DNA of 63,838 bases, counting the filler, from Bigelowiella natans CCMP2755 (lineage: Eukaryota; Protista; Cercozoa), in the NCBI GenBank assembly GCA_000320545.1. It is 6 parts of 6 records of this genome, joined end to end, with 100 filler letters (N's around TTAATTAATTAA, not from the genome) between each part and the next. Parts side by side here need not be neighbours in the genome. Positions count along the whole stretch, not along the records: positions 38,125 to 48,148 come from ADNK01001972.1; positions 48,249 to 63,838 come from ADNK01001527.1; 4 more parts are not named here. One strand, written 5' to 3'. Made by a program: the position numbers and the translations under genes. How positions within the stretch are numbered: the stretch's first letter is position 1; each line of letters begins with the position of its first letter. Positions 38,874-48,329 of this stretch are shown here, in pieces. The notes beneath the pieces are model-generated. The model was not told where the DNA came from, did not search any database, and saw only the letters and a list, made by a program, of their open reading frames with translations.

Positions 38874-39731
38874 ATGTGTGTGTGTGTGTGTGTAATGAAT
38901 GCATTCCATGATATACAAATTCCTTTTGACCTCTCCACCCTCCAGGATGATCAGGACTTCGAAAAGGTCTTCAAAAAGGTCGGAGAGGGGGCGGAAACCA
39001 TCTCCAAGGACCTTTACATGAAGTGAGCAGCAGCAGTAGGCAGTTATAGTATTAGTAGCAGTGGTTGTGGTAGAGATAGTAGCAGTGGGTAGTTGTAGTG
39101 GTAGTAGTAAGGACAGGGGAGGAAACACATAATTTTGTTTCGAACGGGTAGAGCTGTGCCGTGAAGACACTTGATCAGCCTTCCTCCTCCTAGCAGCGAT
39201 TAGGGCGTTTTTGGAGAGAGCGCGTACTTTTCCTGTTTCTCCCCTTCTCTTTTCTCTTTTTCTCCCTTCTGCAAAAAAAAACCATGCTGTGTGTCGCCTC
39301 CATCGTCCAGATATATGAAGGCCATCAGCGAGGACAAGGGCACAGCGGAACAGGTGGTTATCGAGAAGGGGGGGGGGGGGGGGGAGGGGGGGGAGAGCAC
39401 ACCAAAAGAATGATATCATGGCGCCGTGCGCCTCACGATGTTAAGTAACACAACCGAACATCCCAAGATACAGTTGAAAAGGGGGAAGAAGATAGGACAT
39501 TGGAGGTGTGTTGTTTCTTTCACACGAGCCATGCTGATTTATCAACAACAGGTTGAGACTTCATTTATGGCGCTCGCGGACGGCAAGAGCTACATAACTG
39601 CTGAGCAGCTCGAAGGCCTGCCGGAGGAGGACAAGCAGTTTCTCCAGGACAACATGGAGGCGGGGGAGGAAAAGGGAGCCTTCAACTACAAGCAACTGGT
39701 CCAGAAAAGCTTCGTTGATGAAGCGGAGTGA
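38456..39731 (+). CDS. Alpha-actinin-like protein, C-terminal calmodulin-like (EF-hand) domain; 5' part lost in gap
   Basis: TPEQLQEFEESFNHFDDNS|DGTLNRDEFKAALSALG..YMKAISEDKGTAEQ|VETSFMALADGKSYITAEQL..AFNYKQLV, the alpha-actinin EF1-4 pattern including the Ca-insensitive EF pair. Confidence 0.85.
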
Positions 39732-39976
39732 TGATAGGATGGGTCACGAGAGTGTATGTATCATTGATAATAATCGGTATTTATTCCTTCACCTCGTCGT
39801 CTTTGACTTGTTCGAGTACTACTCTGCCACTATCACTACTACTACTACTACTACTACTACTACCACTACTCCTACTGCTACTGTTCCGGAATGGATTGCT
39901 ACTCCTGCCTCGATCACTCCGTTGGCTGCTTGTGTCCTGAGAGGGCGTTCTTCCGTATAACAGCTTCTTAATGCGA

Positions 39977-40013
<37 letters not shown>

Positions 40014-40508
40014 TTGTGTTTGTGCGGGGATGAGGGGGAGGGAGAGTTGGCGCGTTCCTTCGGTCTGCGCATGCATTCGCTTTGTAAGCTTTATTATTTA
40101 ATGTCTTCCAGAAAAGATCAAATGATCGCGAAACTGACTGCAGCTACATGCGCTACTGCGTGCAGACTTTGTAGCTTTGTTGCTAATTGCATGGGGGGGG
40201 GGGAGTCGTAAGAACAACGCGGTGAGCCTAGCTAGCTAGCAATGCAACGCGCTGCAAAATTTAAGTGACGTCTCGGCTCCCGGACGATCGAATTATTCGA
40301 AAATGAGTTAGGGGGTACGTCGGAAGCCGCTACTACGTTTGTTTTGACGGCCTGAGCAGCACGTGTGTGCTGTTGAATTGTGCTCTAGCGCTAGTTAGAA
40401 TCAACGCGCTACCTAGCTGCTGCATTGTTCGTCGCTTCGTGCTAGCTTTCAATTTTTGTTGGAACAAAATTGTGTGTCCGGACGCACTGAAAGTCAAAGC
40501 GGCGAGTC

Positions 40509-40578
40509 ATGATGGACATGCAACGCATGTGTCATGCACACATGCATGTCATGTACATTATGTTGCTGTGTCCATTGT
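40509..40578. mobile_element. 70-bp MITE-like insertion, copy 2
   Basis: ATGATGGACA...TGTCCATTGT (8/10 TIR); shares the 3' block atgttgctgtgtccat with copy 1; flanking 4-bp direct repeat AGTC (40505-40508 and 40579-40582). Confidence 0.7.
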
Positions 40579-41580
40579 AGTCAAATGCACATTACCTGAG
40601 CTAGCTAGATGCGATTGTTTCGCTACATGCAAATTCACAATCAAAACTTTGTTGAAATTTTGGCTGCAGTTCTAGCTTGCGCTTGCTTGCTAGCTTGGGC
40701 TCATTCATGGCAAAAATCAATTGCCGTCTTCGTGGTCTCTCTTGCCAGTAGCTTGATGGAATGTCAGTTAGCAAATTCGTTTGGATTGCAAAATGGCAGA
40801 ATCATCCGCATGCTGCTTGCACGTGATGGGCGAGCAATAGTCCATCAGTAATGCATGCTAGCATGACTGCCCTGCGCATGCAAGCTGGCCAAACGTGCAG
40901 CATTGACGCACGTGCACATGAGCAGCAAGCTAGCTGCGCTAGCGTGGCGTAGCTAGGTAGCATCCATTGTGGGCACGACTGTGCAGGCGTAAACTGCAGG
41001 CGTTGCTAACAGCCTCGCTTTATTTAGTTTTGTGCGTGTGGCCATTTGCAGCTACTTGCATTGGATGTGATGATCGATCATCGTTGCAACACGTGCTAGC
41101 GTGCGATGCATGGACTCAGCATGTCTAGATGTGCACGAATGCACATTAAGACAATGTGTGTTTGAGCATGCGGTGGTGGGTGTCACTGCAGTCGCGTACT
41201 GCCCGCGAACATGAGCGACGTAGCATTGTTATTCCCAGGAACAATGAAACAATGCGCTGCAATGTGAGGCGCAACACGCCATTAGCATCTTGCATGCCTA
41301 CACAACACAATGCGACTCTGTGTTGCATGGAATACGCATTAGCTGAGACTGACAGACATGATCTAAGGCTTGTAGCCACAGCTTTGCATTGCTACATTAG
41401 GATATCGGTTAATAGAATAATTAATTAATTCATTATTAGAAATCTCATTACATTCGTCCTACATTTCATTTGAACACTTCAACTCACGGCTTGCCTACTG
41501 CTAATACACTAATCCCATTTACTGGTAACAGAATCCTTTTTCAGGGGCTGTGAAGCTTTCGAGGTCAGCGTCACTGAAGC

Positions 41581-41784
41581 TTATCCGGAGGACTTCGACT
41601 GGGAAGCATTGCGTTTCTTCTCAAAAAACGCGGATATATCCTTGAATCATGGTGACAAAGATGTTCAGTGTTGACGATGCAGATAATAACACTGTATTTG
41701 CAAATAAATTAAGGAGTGGCGGCCTTATCGATCATTCACGATGTCCTTGTATAAACTACTCTTGAGGTGATACACACGCACATA

Positions 41785-41815
<31 letters not shown>

Positions 41816-41915
41816 TCACTCACACACACACACCCCGCCGATGTGCAGGCAGCGAGCGAGTTCCGGCGGCTTTTACTTTCGTAGAAATAAAAGTTTGCAA
41901 CCAAATATCGACATC

Positions 41916-41955
<40 letters not shown>

Positions 41956-43258
41956 TATGTAAATATAAACGTCGTTTCCGCGTAATTAATATTACTGGCT
42001 CTTGCCATACCTGTGTGAGGGCTTTGACGTTGACGGGTTTTCCGTGTATGCAGTCCGCACCACATTCTAACATCAACTTCCTGTCCTCAGAGATAATGTC
42101 TCCCGTGACCTTGAGAGGAATGATTTAGGGTTGTCAGGACTCAGGACAAGATACGGGGAGCGCGGCGTCACTTGTACTAGAATGGAATAGTAAACATAAC
42201 GTATTCGCAATTTTTGCTTTGTTTTTTCAATGTTTTCCTCCTCCTCCTCCTCCTCCTCCTCCGGTTTTCTCACCCCGATCATCATGGACTTAATCCCGTG
42301 CTCATCCCGCAGCTTGCGTATGCAGTCACGACCGAGCAGATTCGGCATTTGGTTGTCCATGAGGTAGACATCGTACGGGAAGGGGCCTTTATTCTGGCTC
42401 ATTCGTATTGCCGCAACCCCGTCCTCCGCTACGTCGCACACATACTTGGGCTTGCCGTTTTCCTGGAAGAGAGAGGAGTGTATTCAATCTGTACGACGAT
42501 TTTCACTCACTTACTTATACCCCCCTTCTCTCTCTCTACCTCTCCCCTCCCTTTCATCTTTCATAACCCCCCCGCCACCCCCCCCCCCTTCACCCAGACG
42601 CGCGCACACTGTAAGCTCAGAGCAAGGACGGGAAAAATACCACGAAGGCGAGAGGGAGATCGATGATTCTCATCATTTTTGTTTCAGACGACGACGACGC
42701 AGCCTACTACCTTCTTCATGCGTCTCAGCCTCTTGGCAAGAAACTCTCGATTCGACTTCACATCGTCTGTGACGAGTACGCGGAGAGGCGCTTCTTCGGA
42801 CAGCTTGTTCCCGTCCCCAATCGTTGCTTGTAATGGGCCATCCGGTATTACCTTCCTCGAAATTGCCTTTGGGAGCGGCAGGGTCACGTAGAAGGTAGCG
42901 CCTAGAATAGTTACCGACCGCCACCAGATGAATGAATTCAGATGACGATGAAGATGAAGATGAAGATGAAGGAAATATGCGAAGGAAAGAAGTGCCAAGT
43001 TGTGAGATGGTACGTGTTCTTTGTCTTCTCCTCTCCGCTCTCTACTGCTGCTGCTGCTACTACTACTACTACTACTACTGCTACTACTATTTCTTCTTTC
43101 TTTTTACCTTTGCCGATCATGGACTCCAGATGAACGCTCCCTCCCATTCCAGCTGCCATCTCCTTACAAATACTCAGTCCCAACCCTGCGAAGAGTAGAA
43201 GAAATACGAGGCCTATCATTATGTGCAACCGACACCCCGCCTCCCCCCCCCCCGCCCC

Positions 43259-43291
<33 letters not shown>

Positions 43292-43352
43292 AAAGAACTG
43301 CAGCAATTGCCGCTAATTTTCCCATATAAACACGCATAAACTCGCGCACTCT

Positions 43353-43411
<59 letters not shown>

Positions 43412-46156
43412 AGAAACTCGAAACACGGTGCAAGTCATCACCGGCGCCGCTGGAGTTCTTTTTAACTCCTGGCTCTATTTGAACGAAGGGGGTGAAGAGC
43501 AGCTTCTGGTTCTCCTCCGATATCCCAGCACCTGAAATCCAATGATATTTAGCAGATAGTTGGAGGATTGGGGGGGGGAGGGGGGGAGGGAAAATAAGGT
43601 GCTGCTCTCTGAACGAACATAGCTTGCATTCAACCACTGTACAAACTTCTACCTTTTGATCACAGATATACCTGTCTTGACTTATCTTCTCTTGCCCCCC
43701 CCCCACACCCCCTCCATTATATCCCTCTATTCTATGAAGACGGCAAGAGAAGAGAGAGAGTAGAAAATTGCTACCCGTATCTCTGCAGGAGAACTGAAGC
43801 CAGCAAATGTCCCCCTCCTCGAGGGCGTCTCTTATAGAGCTGTGCAGGTTGCTGGGCCTGTAGGAGCTGTTTGGAGGTGGTTGGATTTCCTCGACGACGA
43901 AGCTCACAATCCCGCCCCTGGGCGTGAATTTCATGGCATTCGATATGTAGTTGCTAGCGATTTGCACAATCTTATACTTGTCTGTCGTAGTATTGGAAAT
44001 AATATCACCAACAAACACGGGAGGAGGAGGAGGAGGAGGAGAGTGAGGTGAGAAGTACATCCTTCCGGGGAAAGAGAAGGGGACAAAGAAAAGGGGGAAA
44101 ATGAAAGATTCTGCCGCCGCCGCAGAGCATGTGGCTCGGTGCTTTTTTGCTGTTTGCCTTCCCCGGTGCTGCGATGTGGCGATCGACGTCAGAATCGAAG
44201 AAAGCGACGTATTCTCTTCTTTTATGGCTGTTTCATTCGTGAGCGTGCGAAATCGCTCAAGTCAAAGAATTCGAACGCGCCCCCCCCCCCAAAAAAAAGG
44301 TCATATTCCTTCCAAATCACGCTGGACGTGCTTCACCCAGCCGAACGCCTTTAATGTGTTTGCGTCATGCTTCTTCGTCAACTCAATTCTGTGTGTGGCT
44401 CGATGCAAAGACCTCCAATGAAGCTTGTATTCTTGACCCTTGCCTCCACCGTATATGTCAGATCGTTCTTTTCTGCGGTGGCTTTGAATCTGTGTAACAG
44501 GAAATCATAAGAATACAAAAAGAATAACAAATAATTGCTGTAGGAAATAAAATAAATATCAATGACAGGTTTCCTCGGACGATGCCGCAATCGATTCTAG
44601 AGTATATCAGAGCGAGGAGCTGTTGAAGAATAGACATACGGCTGGGATCTATCACCCCAGATCTCAACCCACCTGCTCGTGCATGCTGAGCAGCCGAGGA
44701 AGGAAAAGAGAAAGAGATCTGGCACCTCCTCACACGCACACATGCATGCCCCCCCTCTCCCCCCCTCCCCCCCCATCTCTACCGGGTGAGCAGCATATCG
44801 ACGATTTCCTGCAGAGCGAACGTTGCAACCTCGAATTTAAATTTGGAGATTTTACCGGCCCGCATCTTCTCCCACACCAAGTAGTCGTCGAGGATGTGCC
44901 GCATGCTGTCGCAGCTCGCCGCCAGTGTTTTCTTGACGGACTCAATCTCCTTCGCATCGTCAGACACATCGAGATTCGAGACCCCGAGGGAGATGGTATT
45001 GAGCGGCACGCGCGTCTCGTGGAATATGTAGCGCACAACGTCGCTCTTCAATCGCTCCTGTTCCAGGATTTTTTTGCACCAAGCAATCTCTTCGGTGGCG
45101 TTATTTATGTAGCGATAGGCCATGTTCACCAGTCCCACCTTGGCGCTCAAGTCGGCGTACGCGAACAGCTTGATCTCCATCCAAGGTTGTATGATTTCTA
45201 AGCTTCCCAAGACGTAAATCATCGGGAACAACATCCATGTCATTGTGTAAAATATTCGCAGGTTCGAATTGTAGGTATCCCACTCCCTTTGAAGCGGCTC
45301 GTCCCTAGACACCACCTTCGAGAACTTCAATAGCCTATCTTGTGAGTATAGATTTCCAATGAAGAAATAAGCGACAATCACTCCTTTGAGAAGGGTAGGC
45401 TTTCCCCACAGCCAACTTCCCGACGTGAACATTATGAAATTGAGAATCTGGGCTCGAATAACGACGATGCGCCTGCGTTTCGTCATCTCGGCAAAATGGA
45501 AGAGGGACTGAATCATCATCGGGGTGGTTGTGATCCACTCGCAGTAATACGTCGTGTAGAAAACCCTGCTGCCACCCAGGGTGTTCAGAGTATGTATTTG
45601 ACCAATTGCGGCAATGTAAATGTGAGTTGCCATGCAAGCAAATGTGACTCCGCATATGCAAAGAAAACCCACGTGGCTGCGACTGTATATCCCCACATGC
45701 TCCCCCTCTTTCGTAGCACGCTCCCAAAACAACGCATAAAAAGGACTCACAGAAAAAAAGAACGTCGTTATGGCAGCCGACACGACAATCGTTGTGTGGA
45801 CATCGGCAACGACACTGACAACTCCGTCAGTCGGGTAAGTGGAGACCATTCTAGCGTGAGCGAGGTAGCAAACTATCACAATCCCTGTAGTCGTCGCATA
45901 TTTTTGCATGTTCGGAAATACAGTTTCGATGAAACTTGCAAGAACGTCAAAAGGATACAGCAGCTTTTCAATATGACCGTATCCCTGAAATGAATAAAAT
46001 CAGAAACGCACCAGTCGTTCCCTACAAACAAATTGGTGTTCTTTTGTACTGTTCCCCAACCCCCCGTCGGGATCTAATGATTACCTGGTGCCCCTCATCA
46101 CCGACTTGAATGTGCCCACCTATTTTGGGTCGGACACTTGTGCGCATCGTTGACAT
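41581..46156 (-). CDS. Histidine kinase rhodopsin: microbial (type-1) rhodopsin + HisKA + HATPase_c + receiver, about 754 aa, 10 exons
   Basis: Exons 46156-46085, 45984-44783, 44489-44413, 43981-43775, 43531-43442, 43185-43108, 42901-42711, 42462-42274, 42109-42011, 41640-41581 splice in frame (2265 nt). Rhodopsin motifs YYCEWITTTP, WMLFPMIY, DLSAKVG. H-box FHETRVPLN, N-box SNYISNAMKFT, G1 DTGAGIS, F-box LFTPFVQ, G2 SGAGLGLSI. Receiver motifs VTDD, LMDNQMP, VTG, KP. First and last exons are less certain than the core. Confidence 0.93.
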
Positions 46157-46242
46157 CGTTCTTGTGATTAGTGGTCCTCGAGGTAATCAGTAGTCACGGG
46201 GTGATTGGTAGTCTTCTGAGGGTGATTTTTTACCCTCATCAT

Positions 46243-47640
46243 TCAATGCAGGAGAAATTGTACGAATTTTCGTTCCAACCCGTTGTCGCAAGAGCAAATT
46301 GTTATTGCGGTACCGGTAATCACCTAAAAAAGACACCCTCGCGCTCTGGCTTACGTGGTCAGTCGCGAGGGGCCGGAGCGAACAACAAAAGAAAGGGGGT
46401 TTGCTTTTCGAATGTACGACAACAGTTCCGTCTTGACGCATGTCCATATAATTACACACCAATCGCGGGTTTTTAAGTTTTTGAGGCTGGATGCCGAATA
46501 CTTGTACCTCCCCACCTACCTCGTTGTGATCCTGATCACTTTGACCAGTCGCACACCTGAAAAGCAGACCAGTCACTCTTTTTTTGGCAACAATACGGGG
46601 TAGGAGGTAGAAGGGCTTCCATTTCCATCCACCCCCAAACCAAAGTAGTGCGACATCAATTTGGCATTGTCGATTCGCAAAAAACACCTGCGGGATTAAG
46701 ATTGATTTCTCAGTATTTTCGGATCCCCCGTCCCCGTTCCACATTGTCGAATGAAGCTGATTCGAAGCTCGGAAGGGCTCCTGGGTGTTGCTAAATATCG
46801 GTGTCAGCATGTGCGAGGTTTTGCAAAGATGAAGCAACCGGAGAGCGTGATTTCAATGGGAAAGCGGGGCGGCAAGGTCCCTGCGGCGGTAAGTACCCTT
46901 GCTAGTTGTGAATCTTGGCATGCACAGCAAAATGTATATGTGTCTGCGGATGTCTATATTTCAAGGCTTGGCTGGAGCAGGGCCTAACTCGTACAGCGAC
47001 ACCGAAGGGGAAGCTAACCACTGGAATTCACAAGTAGGATGTGGCCATTGTAGCTGCCGTAGTGTTTTGTCATCATTTTCATCATCATGGCAGTCGATAG
47101 CAGTTGCAGTTTAAATATGTATAGGAAGTAGATGAATATGTTTCATGCTGAGCCGTCTTCACGTAGATCTTCATGATTCCTCTTTGCTTTTATGTAAGGC
47201 TAAACATGGACAACTGGCTGCTCTACGATCCCGAGGAAGCCAAGGTATGTACTCCGATAATTGTTGAAGGGGAGGGGACGGGGGAAAAGAAAGAAAATCA
47301 TTAAAAGCGTCACTGTGTTCCACGACAGCGAGAGAGTCTTCGTCATCGTTCGAGATATCAGTTGGTGCCATGAATATAAATTAACATTCATTTCCACCCA
47401 AGTACCACCTCCCCTCGCCCCCAACGAAGAGGATGAAGAATAAACACAAACGCACACACTACTTTGTGAAGCTCTAATATGTAACACGCTGCAAAGTTCA
47501 ACCGGTAGTGGCAGATAGTAGCGGTTAGTGTATCTGCTGTGTGTCGTTCAGGATATCTTGAAGCTAAAGGGAGAGATGCTAAGCGACGTAGAAACGCGAC
47601 CCTCAGTCTATCAATGCGCGGAGGACTCGCCTGCACCGCA
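46243..47640 (-). CDS. Unidentified multi-exon coding region directly upstream of the rhodopsin-kinase
   Basis: Exon-like blocks LQWPHPTCEFQWLASPSVSLYE, VLTAAGTLPPRFPIEITLS, EPFRASNQLHSTMWNGDGGSENTEKSILIPQ and VITGTAITICSCDNGLERKFVQFLLH*. Exon structure unresolved. Confidence 0.3.
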
Positions 47641-48148
47641 GCTGGAGGTCACTACAGCAATATTAAGTTTCAAAGCATAGTGTTGAAACACTGTGCCGCA
47701 CGTTGTGCGTCGCAACGATAAAAGGAGAAAATCAAAGGGGAGGGGAGAGAAACGACTATGGAAATGCTCCCCCTCGTTTTCACCCGAAGGAGGAGGAGGG
47801 GGGGGGGGAGGGGGAACGTTTCTCTCCCCTCCCCTTTGATTTTCTCCTTTTATCGTTGCGACGCACAACGTGCGGCACAGTGTTTCAACACTATGCTTTG
47901 AAACTTAATATTGCTGTAGTGACCTCCAGCTGCGGTGCAGGCGAGTCCTCCGCGCATTGATAGACTGAGGGTCGCGTTTCTACGTCGCTTAGCATCTCTC
48001 CCTTTAGCTTCAAGATATCCTGAACGACACACAGCAGATACACTAAACCGCTACTATCTGCCACTACCGGTTGAACTTTGCAGCGTGTCACATATAAGAG
48101 CTTCGACAAAGTAGTGTGTGCGTTGTGTTTATTCATCATCCTCTTCGT
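47424..48148. repeat. ~330-bp inverted repeat with a 62-bp spacer at a contig end (possible fold-back artefact)
   Basis: 47424-47754 is the reverse complement of 47817-48148; the inner part is identical and small indels and mismatches accumulate towards the gap. Confidence 0.9.
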
Positions 48149-48248
48149 NNNNNNNNNNNNNNNNNNNNNNNNNNNNNNNNNNNNNNNNNNNNTTAATTAA
48201 TTAANNNNNNNNNNNNNNNNNNNNNNNNNNNNNNNNNNNNNNNNNNNN

Positions 48249-48313
<65 letters not shown>

Positions 48314-48329
48314 GCTTTGATATAAACTC

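Noticed and set aside
41725-41760. Alternative last exon SSLYKDIVNDR* for the rhodopsin-kinase
   Set aside because: Splices in frame, but the 41640-41581 exon (DISAFFEKK) completes receiver helix 5 better. Neither adds a cyclase domain; cDNA is needed to decide.
44623-45993. Plus-strand ORFs of 192 and 165 aa overlapping the rhodopsin exon
   Set aside because: Antisense shadows of the real minus-strand coding exon.
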